Assembly (NCBI GenBank): GCA_051362555.1
Contig: CM120643.1
Location: 992,001-1,056,000, forward strand
Origin: Lingula anatina
Taxonomy: Eukaryota; Animalia; Brachiopoda
Length of the DNA: 64,000 nt
Reading direction: 5' to 3'
Of the stretch, positions 25,001 to 37,405 are shown piece after piece. Position 1 is the first letter of the stretch; every line of letters starts with the position of its first letter. A program made the translations under genes and the position numbers. The notes under the pieces were generated by a model. The model worked only from the letters and a program-made list of their open reading frames with translations. It had not been told where the DNA came from and made no database searches.

Positions 25001-26499
25001 AAACTGAACCCCAGTCCTGCCGAAAAACTGTGGGACAGCCGGACATGTCCGTCATAAATTGAAAATGTCTGACGTGAAACATCAGCATGTCAGTCACTAA
25101 GTCCGAACTATCAAATGGCAGAGCTTCTAAAATACTAAGTCCTGGCCCAGTTGCCAATGCTTTTTGCCACTGCACGAATTGCTCCAGTGCGAAAAAGTAA
25201 AATATAAAATGATACTAGTATTGCCCTAACAAGCATTTTCTAGCCTCCTTGTGAAATTCTGGGATTAAGGACAACTTTTTTATTAATTTTTTTATTTACT
25301 TTCAAAAGCAAATTCATAGTTTACTGGAACTTACTTTATGGTTTTGAACTAAAGTAGAATATCTACGCTTGGACTCTAAATCAGATTCTCCCAAACACCA
25401 CAATCCTTTGGTAAAAAAAATGACACTGATATGTATTCCCCATACTACTACACGTTTGGCTTACCACTGCTGAACCAGTTCAGGCCAGTTCAGAAGCCAC
25501 ACAATTGAAGGGTGCGCACATGTCGATAGAGCAGACACAGTGACGCCGATATCTGTCTTCCCCAGTGCAGAACAGGCACTTGGAGTTGACGTAACTTACA
25601 TGTATAACAAAGCAGTTATATTTTTGGTTTCTGCTCAAGTACTCGCTGATTAAAACAATGTAACTCATTATTATTATTTTTTTAAAAGTAAATAGTGGAT
25701 TTTTAAAGTCAACGTGAGATGATCTTAATAGATCTTCAAAATTTTTCTTAATCCAACATGCATGATTGACCATTGTGTTGTTGTGCATAATTTTATTATA
25801 TTTTAAATTCTCAAATAGATATAGTGATTGAAATTTGAGGTTATTATTGATAATAACAATCATATAAGTAAACCAACGTCCGAGCACCATTACACGGCCT
25901 TCTCTTGTACAGTGTACTTTAAAAAAAAAAATAGACAAGGATTTTAAAACATTAAAAAAAAAAATAATTTAAAAAATAGTAGATATGCATTCTGAATTTT
26001 TTACTACCAGTATTTTGTGTGTGGAAATGGAAAAAATAATGTATGTATTACATATATATCCAGTACAATTATTTTTGTAAATTTTTCAGGAAGTACACTT
26101 ATTCTACCAAAACAATTATTGTGAAACTGAAAGTTTTCAGTAGACATTTTCAAATTGGTTGATTAATTTTTGAAATCTCAAACTCTTACATGTAATTCTA
26201 AATATAACAAGATTCGAAAAAGCAAGGTCCCGTTTTACTAGTATTGTTGTAATAGAGGTAAATGTCCAGTCTGTTGGAATTTTTTTTTTTCGGGCCAGTG
26301 AATTTTAAGTCAGACAAGTGATTGTAATCAATTGTTGATCCGAATGGTCAGAGAGCTGAAAAGCTTATGTCAAACACTGTGACATGCTGAAAAATGAGGC
26401 CACTATTTTACAGTGTACCTGATGCGGGCTCTATTTTGTGCTGCTGTTGCTATCGGACTTGTCTTTATAATTAAACCATGAAAAATGATATATTTTTCA

Positions 26500-27000
26500 A
26501 AGGTCTGTCATGATCAAAAATTATCTGATATCGAGTTATTTTATGTCAGACAGGTGTCCAGAGTTTTTCGGGAACACTGAAACTCCTGCCTACATGTGCG
26601 TATATGGATCAGAGACCTGAACACAGGGCAAGAGGCACACTCTCTTAAAACAGATGTTTTCACACTACCTTTGGCATCAACAGGCAAGCCAGAGTAATCA
26701 TTAAAAAAGTTTCAAAGAGGCATTTCTCTGCAAAAGAAGACTAAGGTGACTTGGGCATATGAAGAAGATGAATATTACATAGTAAAGTCCCAAAACAGCT
26801 GTCATCTGTGCTATTTGACCAATTGGTTCAGGGTAACAATCTCAGAGGATGGCCACGGTTGAGACTTAAGGACTCAAACTTGCAAAAGCAGCCTGGTTAA
26901 TTCCACACATTGACATAAAGCCAAAGGAGTAAACATAAGAGCAAAGTAAAATAAATCTAATTCACTCCCTCATAGAAAGGCTAAAAAGTCAACAAATCGC
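26500..27000 (+). mobile_element. Highly decayed RTE-clade LINE 3' fragment
   Basis: Remnants KRRLR*LGHM and VPKQ..VLFDQLVQGNNLRGWPRLRLKD resemble the RTE post-RT signature. Confidence 0.5.
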
Positions 27001-27379
27001 TAAAGCAAAATTAATAGTCTTTTAAGCAAAATGTTTAAGAAAAACTAACATGAACCCTGTAACACCTTCCTTGCTTGCAGATTCTAAAATAGGAATTGCT
27101 TATAAAACATGGAAAAGATGAGCCATGAAGGAAGCCGAAGACTATGAATACCATATTGACACATTAATTGCTGCTTAGGACTCTTAACTTGAGTTGACTA
27201 TATTGAATATTGTAGACACCAAACTGGTTTTTAAAAAAACTTCTAAATAAGGGCTTAATTGTTTAAAATGATATTTTCAAAAAAATACTTACCCAGCAGG
27301 CACACAACGTTGATTCAACGTTGAATCAACATTGAAGTTATGTTGAGACGTTGATAAACGTTGAATCAACGTTGATTCA

Positions 27380-27730
27380 ATGACCATAATTCAACATTGG
27401 CATTTCAACGTTGATTCAACGTTGATTCAGTGAGAACAAATTCAATGTTGGCATTTCAACGTTGATTCAACTTTGATTCAACAACAACAAATTCAACGTT
27501 GACATTTCAACATTGATTAAACGTTGATTCAACGACAACAAATTCAACAATGGCATATCAACATTGATTCAACTTTGATTGAACGACAACAAACTCAATG
27601 TTGGCATTTCAACATTGATTCAACTTTGATTCAACGACAACAAATTCAATGTTGACATTTCAACATTGATTCAACTTTGATTCAATGACAACAAATTCAA
27701 CATTGGCATATCAACATTGATTCAACTTTG
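27380..27730. repeat. 51-bp subterminal tandem repeat, about 7 copies
   Basis: caacaaattcaa-like motif recurs at 27485, 27536 and 27587. Confidence 0.85.
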
Positions 27731-28061
27731 AAGTAAGATTAAGTTCATAAACCAACATTATTTTAACCTAATTCAACTTGCATTTTTGAATGTTGATGGT
27801 TGAGTTAATTTTTCACCTTGATTCAACATTGATTCAATTATTCTTCCCAACATTGATTTTCTGGTCAGGTTTTAACATTGATTCAACTTTGTTATTTCAA
27901 GTTAATTAACATAATGACTATTCAGGAGGTAACTTATAATTAATTAAATATGTTGATTCAACATGGATTCAGTTTTTGCGTTTCATCTTGAGACAGTACA
28001 TACATGCCGACCGCCACGACAGACAGCTATTTGAAGCCTACAGACAAATCTGTGTCTGTAC

Positions 28062-28081
28062 AAAAAAAAAAAAAAAAAAAA

Positions 28082-28125
<44 letters not shown>
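28062..28125. repeat. Poly-A followed by (TA)n microsatellite
   Basis: Read directly. Confidence 0.9.
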
Positions 28126-28127
<2 letters not shown>

Positions 28128-28319
28128 TGCCATCAAGCCAATATTTGGTGATGTCATTTATCTTATTTTTTATTTATTTTATTATTCTAATTATTTCATT
28201 TTTGTCTATTTTTTTATTGACAAGTGAGCTGAATGCATTGAACTAACGTCACTTGATCACTTTTGATTTATCTCTCTCTTTCTCACTTTTCTTCTAAGCC
28301 CCCTCATCAGTGCACTATT

Positions 28320-29789
28320 TGTTAAATTGGACTTGACATTTGAATGAACTGTTAACTTTTTAGAGCTACGTACTCGTTCCGCTACTTTAAAATTCCGCTT
28401 TTTATGATAAGCCGGTCAAGTACCCGGATGTAGCGTTTTTTAGAGTTATGGATATGAAAAAGCACAGGCGTATCAAACTGATGCAATTCGTTGATTGATT
28501 TGATTCGTGATGCGATATAATTCGAAGGCATCAACACTGGAGACGAGGATTAACTCTAGTGCAAAACTGCGAGCCAACTTTCTTTGAGAAAATGGAGGAA
28601 AAACGTGAAATTACGAAATTCTAACAGTACAGAAGTCCGGAAAAATACGGGCCACACTGGCTAGACAGTTTTTAACTCTTTGCTGACGGAAAAGGTTTGA
28701 TCGTTTCAGAACCAACGGACGAAATGAATAATGAACAAAGACAGAAAATTAAAAAATACATGTCAGAAGAGACGCGCGCTGATGTTGCATTCATCGGGAT
28801 ATGTGTACAAAATATTTTCACGACTCTCCAAAACATACTGCGGGTGTGAAACATGGATACACATAGACTGTTAACGCTTTAAATGAAAGTGTAACTCCAG
28901 AAACTCTGAGTATGTTAAAAACCAAAGTCATCTGACAAACCAACTCAGTCTAAACACCACAAGTTCAGACATGGAAAAACGAAGTAGAAACCACCCCGAC
29001 TGAGAAAACATGGAACGTGCAACAAGTCTGCAAAACTGAAACTAATATTCATGTATATGACAGTTATGAACATGATAATCCAGGAGTGCCTATACATTTG
29101 GTGTGGTGTAACCAATGCAATATACACTGAGACATGGTGGAAATAGAGATAGGCGGCATTCATCTCAGTGTACTAGCTGTATTACCAGATTCAGGCGCAT
29201 ATTGTAATATCATTGATGAAAGTACATGGGGAATGCTGCAATCCAAGAAAAAAAATGCGTCTCAGGCTCTTGTGGAGGACCACAAAACAAACAGTATTAT
29301 TCAGACACGTCTGAGAAACCTTTAATGTGAAGGGAGCATTTGAATGTGACTTAAAGGCAGGCAAAGGAAGAGACCATGTGGAATTTTTAGTAGTGAATGG
29401 GACATGGGGTTTGATATGAGTTGATTAGATTTGAGAATTTTCAATGTGCTTAGAATAATTATAGTTGGAGTTCATATGTTATTCTGCAAATGTTTGAAAA
29501 GACAATTTAAAGACTGAACTGTCAATTAGCATATATTTGAAAGGACAGTTTCTCTTTAACAAAGGAAGGGATGTTGTGTTTTTACCTGACATTTAAATGA
29601 GCTGTTGTTAATTTGGTAGATGTACTTGTTGCATTGTTTTAAAATTCCTTTTATTATTATTAGCTTGTCAGGGAGCCTGATGTATCATGTCTTAGTGAAA
29701 TGGATATGAAAAAAGCACAAGTGTTCCAAATTGGTTCAACTCATTGAGTGATTTAATTCATGATGTAATTTTCTTCAAAAGCATCAACA
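28320..29789 (+). mobile_element. Internally deleted Ty3/Gypsy LTR retrotransposon (LTRs ~28320-28536 and 29572-29789)
   Basis: Both LTRs run TGTT...GCATCAACA; PBS-like TGGAGACGAG at 28538; PPT aaaggaaggga at 29561; protease remnant VLPDSGAYCNIID at 29134-29325. Confidence 0.8.
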
Positions 29790-32329
29790 ATATACTGGGG
29801 TTTGTTTTTGTGCACATGTAATTGTCTTTTTATTGTACATCTATATCTATGGGGTGTACATAATTTTTTTCAGAGTTTGCATGTATGTAGACAGCATGCA
29901 AGTTGAATTGAAACAGTTACTGCATGGTTATTTATAATTTTGTTATAATGAACTCTCCGTTATCTAAAAAACAATGTTTTTTCATTCATTATTCAAGATT
30001 TATTTATTACAGAACTATAGTGATTATGATTATTAATGATATGTTTGAATTATAATTTACTTTAAAAATGACAACGTATAGTATTATTTAGGTTAAGGTG
30101 TGCAAAAATATCTCCCCCCCCCCCATGTACATGCATAATCAATTACAATTTTTGTGTTAGTTCAGATGCGATGAGCAGCTTTGTTTTGTAAAAAAAAGTG
30201 TTGTATCTTACTTTTTTATTTATTATCGCTATGTTATAAACTATGTATATTTTAACTACTTAAATTAGCAGCATTTTTCCTTTAATGCAGTGACAAAATA
30301 AAGACATTGAAAATGCTATTTGTCTCAACTTTTATTTAATGTTAAATCAACAGTTAATCAATGCTAAATCAACATATAATTGATGCTAAATCAACATATA
30401 ATCAACGTTAATTGATATTTCTAATGTTGAAACAACGTTGAACTATCAATCATGATTCAACGTTGACTTTTCAACGTTGACACAAACTTCCATTTTCAAA
30501 TATAAATTCAACGTTGCTTTAACGTTGTGAATCAACGTTGATTCAACGTTGAATCAATGTTGTGTGCCTGCTGGGTAATGTAATGCTAAATGTCCCAGCA
30601 CCATTAATTGAAATTCATTTGCAGTGGCATCCCATCTTGACTTTATAATATTTTAATCCATATTAATTGATTTTGATCATGTCTTACTTGTAAAAGGAGA
30701 CTGGAATTCAGTCAAATTAATTAAATGTATGAATTTTTAGAATTATCATTTGATTTTGATTATTTTAACTTTTTATTTATATAAATGACTTATGTTAAAA
30801 ATTCACAGTTACTAGTACAATGTAGTATGGTTGCCATCTAGGATTTTGCAGTCATATTTGAACCATTCAAAATATTTTAAATAGAGAAATATTCAAAATC
30901 AAACCAAAATAGAAAAAAGGAGTCTGTAATATAAACAGTTTTATAAAAAACATGTATATTAGAATGCTTTTCTTATTTATTTTTAATGAAGCTAGATTAT
31001 TTTCTCATTATGTACAGGTAAAATGGGTAAAAAAATCTGCAGAAGGGATGTCAGCTTTGCTCAATTCTCTAGCCTTCCAAAAATCTGCACTGTATTTAAC
31101 AACACTGTGGATGAATTCTTGCATGAAAATCATGAAAGACATCAATTTGAAATCTAGAAAGACATAAAGCTTTCATTCATAATCAACTCACTATAAAGTG
31201 GAATTATTTCTCATTGAAAGCCATCAGTTATCTATGGCAATCGAGTAAAATATGATGAATTTAAGAAAATGTGAATGGTCAAAGCAGCAAGAAAGGCCTA
31301 GATGTTAAAGGGTACATTAAAATATATGTGATAATGGTTTTAAATAATGTTTCTATAATTTCTCTGTATACATTATCAGTAGTGGATCCGAAAAATTAGC
31401 ATATTCAATGAACATAATGGCAGCTGTCTTGCATATTGCAATGTTAAAATCTGAGAATGTTGCTTTGCAGTAATTCAAATAAAAATTATTTAATGATAAG
31501 TTCAAAAGAAAAAAAAAATATTTAGTAATGAGTTCAAAAGGTACAGAAATTTGCATTTTATTAAGGCTTGCAACATGTGGTATTGTCCATACAGGTAGCC
31601 TGCATTTCATTTTCATCAATGACCATTTTGGAATCATGATAAATGAAACCAAAATAACCACTTTTTGGCAAATTTAAGCCTCTAAGTAGCAAAAGGACAG
31701 TTCAATAAAGATAAATTTATCAAAAGATATATGTTTGTATTTTGCTTACCATTCAAATTGATGCTTTTCAACATGCAAATCAAAATGTTGTATGTCTTGA
31801 ATCCAGAAATGGGCCGTCAATTTGAATTTGTCAACCCTGAACAAAGTCTCAAAACAATTTAAATTATTCAGTCATACGTTTCATAACATAACTTGTGCAA
31901 TAAATCCTACATTAAGTAGTCATCTTTAGTGACACTAGTTAGAATTTAACAAACATAATGTAAACATATATAATTGTATATCCATATACAGATTTGACAT
32001 TTAATATGGAATCTTTTTTTCGAAATAATTTTTTATCAGTTTTTTTCCTATTTTGCTGACTGATAAATGAAAATAAGGATTAATATCGTGTTTTAATAAC
32101 TTTAAATTATCTTTTTGATGTAATTGTGACATCAGTTCATTAATGGAATTCGCCAGAGAAGCAAACAAAAACACATTGCCTATTCTATGTCATACGACTC
32201 CCATTAAAAGAGATATTTTGGATCTCCATATTTTCCAAATTATCGTCTGTAAAAGGGTAATACGCTCCACAAAAGACCCTCATGTCAGTTGCTAGTCACA
32301 GTAATGCTCGTTGTTACGCCTGGCCTCTT

Positions 32330-33270
32330 CGTGGCTGTTGCCAGGGCTCTCAAGCGGCAAGGCATTTCTTGGGGGTAGGTTTTTAGAGTTCAATCTGGAA
32401 TAGCATTCCAGGCATCGGTCTAAAATTGTCCAATCTGGTCCAGTTTTGTTGTAGGACATGTAGGCAGTTGATTGGTGAATAATGGTCTACCGAAATATTG
32501 TCTATGTGGTTCAAATGTGGCGATTTTGATGACCAGGGTAGCTGCTCATACCCTTTGTTCTGTAAGTTATCTGCTATTAAAAGTGCTCTGTGTGAACCAT
32601 CAACCTCATCGTGCAACTTAGACTTGTTCCTAAGGTGCCCCCTATCAAATGATAGTCAAGTGGTTCCGAGATTATTCCTTTATTTGATCTGGTTCAGGTT
32701 TTCGTCGATGACTACCATTGGTGTTTTGGCACCAATGTGGAATCTACTCCAAATATTGACGCTGTCAATCACCCTTGTCACTTTAGACCCGGCATATGCT
32801 TCGTCGTAGGCCTCTTCTGGATATCTGTAAACTCTGTTTTGACTAATTGGGCGGTACAGGTGAAATCTGACCTCAATAAAGAAAGCCACGCAGTTTCAGT
32901 GTTCTACCCAGAATCGTTCATGGCCCCCAATTCATGAGAGAAACAGACGACGATGTTTTGCTGTATACAGTGGGTACCTCGGAGGTCATTTGGTGTTCTT
33001 ACCTGCTAAAACCAGTTTGGTGTTCGCTAAGGGCTTTGAAAAACGCATTTTAGTGGCAATTTACCCCTCGTTCTGAACGGACTAAATGTTTTTTGTTTAG
33101 TTGCAGCATAGATAGACAGTGGGTCCTGTACCCTGTAGGTAAAATTTTGATACATTGGGGGTGACCTCTGTGTAGGTACATCAGTCTGGGCATTACTCTA
33201 TAAAACTGTGGGGACCGTTCCGTTTGGCGCTATGATCTGTCTGGTTATGTTTGTCTTTTTCGCGCCATTC
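32330..33270 (-). pseudogene. Degenerate Tc1-like transposase
   Basis: SVNIWSRFHIGAKTPMVVIDENLN and HDEVDGSHRA...LPWSSKSPHLNHIDNI resemble QDNAPxH / WPSxSPDLNPIEN. Confidence 0.7.
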
Positions 33271-33747
33271 TGCCTTAGATTAACAACTTTGTAATGCACT
33301 ACTTGACTCATTTTACGCACTGCAAAACTGACCGCTTGCATGGAAAATTTCAAATTCTTCTATGCAGTAGTTGTCGAAATATGGATACTTTTTTGACAGA
33401 ACCAAGCTTTGCCTAAGCCAAGCTTTCATCAGCCCAAAGGAACGCTACCCAATTAAATCACTGCAAATTACATAATGAAGCAGCGCAATAGGCATGAAAA
33501 ACAGTTAATTGGTAGTGACACACCTTACTGCACACTTTTACATTCACAAATCTTATATGAGATAGGATGTTATTGAAAAAAGAACGTATTTTTTACCTAG
33601 GTATACCTTTGAAACTGAAATATTCCATATTAAATGTCAAGTCTGTATATTGTGTAAATATTGTAGTCTAGAGAGCCTGCAAATGTAGTCACATCATTTA
33701 GTGCTCAATAAACTTATTATTATTTAAAATTGGACCAGCTGTTATTT

Positions 33748-35362
33748 GATTTAATCATGCCATGTCGGACGTTGTGGACCAGCTCCCCGGTTCATTGACT
33801 CATTTCTTTTCTGAAGATTGGTGATGCAGATTTTGGGTGCTTAATTATTTCCCCTCCAAACAAGAAAGATAGGGAGAGAAACAGAGAGTGCCAAATGAAA
33901 AGGACAATATGAGTAATACGACATGGTACTTTAATTTAAGGGACACAATGTGGAAGAAACGATGGACTGTTTCACATCAAGGTGTGCCATTATAATCAGT
34001 ACATGGCCCTTAAGGAGGGATTACATTAAATGCAAACTCGTTGTTGTATTAATATAAACTACTTTGTGGAATAGACATCAATTTTTAATTTGATCTTCAA
34101 TCGTTTTGGTTCAATAACACAGCAACCTAAATTACGCAATTCCTTTAAACATCATTTTGATGTTGTACCCCCTTCTTTTGCTGAGTTAAAAATCCTCCGT
34201 TTCTTATAGCACACCAAGACTATTGTGGTAAAATATTGAAACTAAATACGTTTTTTTATAAACATCGCAATTAAAGCTAATATGTAGCAGTGGGGAAATG
34301 ATAATCGAAGACCAACGTGCGACAGGGGAAAAGCCTGACAATCTGATAGCTTGTCGCCTTTACATTATGATACTGTTAATTGTGGCATTGCTTTAAGAGG
34401 AGGGGGGTCTTACTATAGGTCACAATCTATTGTTAAACGCGATTGTTATCATTTCTCAAACAAGCTAATACCATGCTTTTACACTGGTAAGATTGGTGAT
34501 GATAAAGATACGCCCTGTCGTTCACACTGATTGTGTAAAGATTTTGATTTTAAAATTTTTGATGAGGAATAGGAAAAGTTAGGTGGCCCAAAATATACAA
34601 GGGAGCAATTGTATTTAAATGTTCAACCTCAAACACTGCCACATGTATTAAGATGTGTGGTGCACAAGAAGAGCTAAGCATATATTCTCAACATACTAAT
34701 GTTACGTCTATTTTTAGTGAACAAAGAAAAACCCACCCATCTTGTAACCGTAAGACAAATTCCATAAAAAATCATTTTAACCCCATTTTTCGATGCGTCC
34801 AAAGGTTTATACGGTAAAAATATTTAAAGAGACAATCCAACTCCAAAGTGCGATAGGGGGAAGTCTGACAGAGGGAATTCAGTCTGACAGTGTGATCGCA
34901 TATACGAAAGTACAGTAATTTCGATGCACATACATATAACGCGATAAGAGTTAAGCATTAAGCCTCGACAAACTAACATTCGTTTTTAAACAACAACGAG
35001 AAAAAACCGCTCTGTCATAATTATGAGACAAATTGCTTATAATAAATTATTATACTGTGGGGAAAAAAAACCGTTTCTCAGAGCCCACAGTGGGTGATGA
35101 GATGATACTATTCAAAAATAAATAAAAAGGTTTATATAAACAACATAATAGGAGAAAATAACTAGCAGTGGCGAAAGGACAATTTAACTCCAGCGTGCAA
35201 CAGGGAAAAGTCTGACAGTGTGACTACACTATATGAAAGTAAGGTGAATTAACAGTGTACGTCATCAGTTAAATAGGAGGGGGGATCTTACTAAAGCTCG
35301 CAATCTATTGTTTACCGCAATTGTTATCATTTCTCAAACAAGCTATAACCGTGCGTTTACAA
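33748..35362 (+). repeat. Cluster of dispersed-repeat copies and a local duplication (34915-35125 duplicated as 35483-35497 plus 36848-37035)
   Basis: Alignment by eye with 1-180, 2410-2795 and 36848-37035. Confidence 0.65.
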
Positions 35363-35497
35363 GTACTGTTTGTCTGGCTGTCTTGGAGGAATACACTAGC
35401 CACTTGCTTTAGATCACTCTAGTAAGAAAGCATGCGTGCGACACCGGGCAATAACAGTCTAGTATGAAATTGACATTTTATTGTTTCGATGCACATA

Positions 35498-36847
35498 CAC
35501 ACACTGGACAAAAGAAGTGTCTCCCCTACTGAGCCAATACTATGAGGGAGATAAATGCCTGTGGAATGATATGCTCCTGGTGTCATTTTATTAACATCAA
35601 ATTTCACAAAAAATCACAAAATGAGAACAAAATATACATTCTACCAAAATATGCAGTTTTAAGTCCAAAATTGGTACTTAGTAGCATAGCCACATGACCT
35701 AATAATAGGTGCCAGTCTACGACGCAAGGTTTAATATAATTGTCTGATGCGTTCAGGGCTTATGCTGGCCCAAGCATGAAATACTGAATATAACAGAGTT
35801 TTTCTGCTGGTTAGACGGGCATTTGAAAAAAGTTTTGACATATCATTCCACACATTTTCTATTATGTTTGCAGGGCAGGCCACATCACCCTGCGAATGTC
35901 CTTGTTGGTCAAACCGATCATCAACTGCTCTGGGCCTGTGACAAAGAGCATTGTCATCCTGGTGAACAAATGGATAATTCCTGTCACCAAACATGTTAGT
36001 AACAGATGGTAGCAAGCCTGACTCCAAAACACCGATATATATCTAGTGATTCATGTTTCCATCAACCACTATCTATTCGCCCAAGTCATGGATGCTGATG
36101 ATTCGGGTTCGAAAATTCAGTGCATGTGGTTCAATTGCTTTACCAGCAGTTAGCCAGCATAGTACCCGTCTGTCATCAGAGGTCAGACCAAAGCGACACT
36201 CATCAGAAAAAATATATAGGACCAATTGTCATGAACTGTCCAGTTCCAGATCCTGTTGACCCTAGTTTACTCTACGTTGCCTGTTTTGTAACGATATAAG
36301 AGGTTTCAGTCTTGCTACCCTGCTGCACACTCTCTGAGCATGTAACCGACGCCTAGCAATTTTCACAGACACATTCTTATGTGTGAAATTGTTCCACTGT
36401 GTTGTCAACTGACAAGCAGTGACGAACTTTGACAACCTGGACATCAAAATCAGTCGTCGGTCTTCACGGCCAGTATTTTTTCTTGGACGACCCATCAGAG
36501 GCAATGTGTCTCTTGATCCAGTGTTTCTATACCGAGACCAGACCCTCTGCACGGTTCTGACTGAACAATTCAATTGTATCGATATTCTGACATTGCTTAT
36601 ATTCCGTCTCTTCGGGTTAATAACTTGCACCTATAACCGTTAGATAATTGCCTGTATCTTGCCATATTGGAGGAAGGCAGGAATAACATTTGCTGTACAT
36701 GTACAAGACCAACAATACAATTCCATGGTATAGCGGTTTTATACTCATTAGTCACATTATAAGTAGACCTGGCATTATAAGTACCCAAGATCTGCCTACC
36801 TTTATTACTCTGAGTTAGGGGGTGACACTTCTTTTGTCCAGTGTGTG
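35498..36847 (-). mobile_element. Tc1-family transposon with both termini; transposase frameshifted (~36665-35672)
   Basis: TA|CACACACTGGACAAAAGAAGTGTC...GACACTTCTTTTGTCCAGTGTGTG|TA; HTH and GRPRK, FSDE, QDDNALCH, NIIENVW and GYATKY motifs. Confidence 0.92.
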
Positions 36848-37204
36848 TACATATAACGTGATAAGAATTAAGCCTCAACAAACTTACGCTCATTTTTAAA
36901 CAACAATGAGAAAAAAGTGCCCTGTCATAGTTTTGAGGCAAATTGCTTAAAAAGTTATTCAGCTGTGGGGAAAAACATCCTTTTCTCCGAGCGCACAGTG
37001 GGTAATGAGATGAAAATATTAAAAAAAATAAATATCACAGCACAAAAAGTCAATTTTCAGCTCTTTTACTCTTCAGGAAATGGGTCTGAATATTCTCTTT
37101 ACAAGCCTTTTCAACGGTGTAAAGCTCTACCGGAAAGTTCAGGGTCTACGGGTTTACTACCCTTTTATGCCTAAGCTTAAAATTGTAGTTGCACTATTAC
37201 TACG

Positions 37205-37405
37205 TCTTTCCGATCAAGTATAGGCGTCTAAAAACAACCTCTTTACAACTCCTTTCCGATCAAATATAGGCGATTTGTGACACATCTTTATAACCCTTTT
37301 CCGATGAAGTAAATGCGATATGAGGTACGTCATTATAACCCTTTTCCGATCAAATAAAGGCAATTTTAGGTAAGTCTTACTACCTTTATCTTATCAAATA
37401 TGGAC
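37205..37405. repeat. Degenerate ~45-bp tandem repeat, 4-5 copies
   Basis: ccgat core at ~37210, 37256, 37301 and 37346. Confidence 0.7.

Larger units (their letters stand above)
27292..30575. mobile_element. Non-autonomous CMC/EnSpm-like DNA transposon
   Basis: TA|CCCAGCAGGCACACAACGTTGATTCAACGTTGAATCAAC ... GTTGATTCAACGTTGAATCAATGTTGTGTGCCTGCTGGG|TA; 2-bp TSD; subterminal TCAACGTTGA palindromes. Confidence 0.8.
23270..31910. mobile_element. Large decayed DNA-transposon-like element with long imperfect inverted repeats; true termini unresolved
   Basis: 23280-23395 and 23650-23780 match the reverse complement of 31750-31905; stop-riddled coding-like tracts at 24190-24780 and 31040-31300. Confidence 0.55.

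Noticed and set aside
27292-27730. Palindromic repeats with CRISPR-like spacing
   Set aside because: Intervening sequences are also repeated; these are subterminal repeats of a TIR transposon
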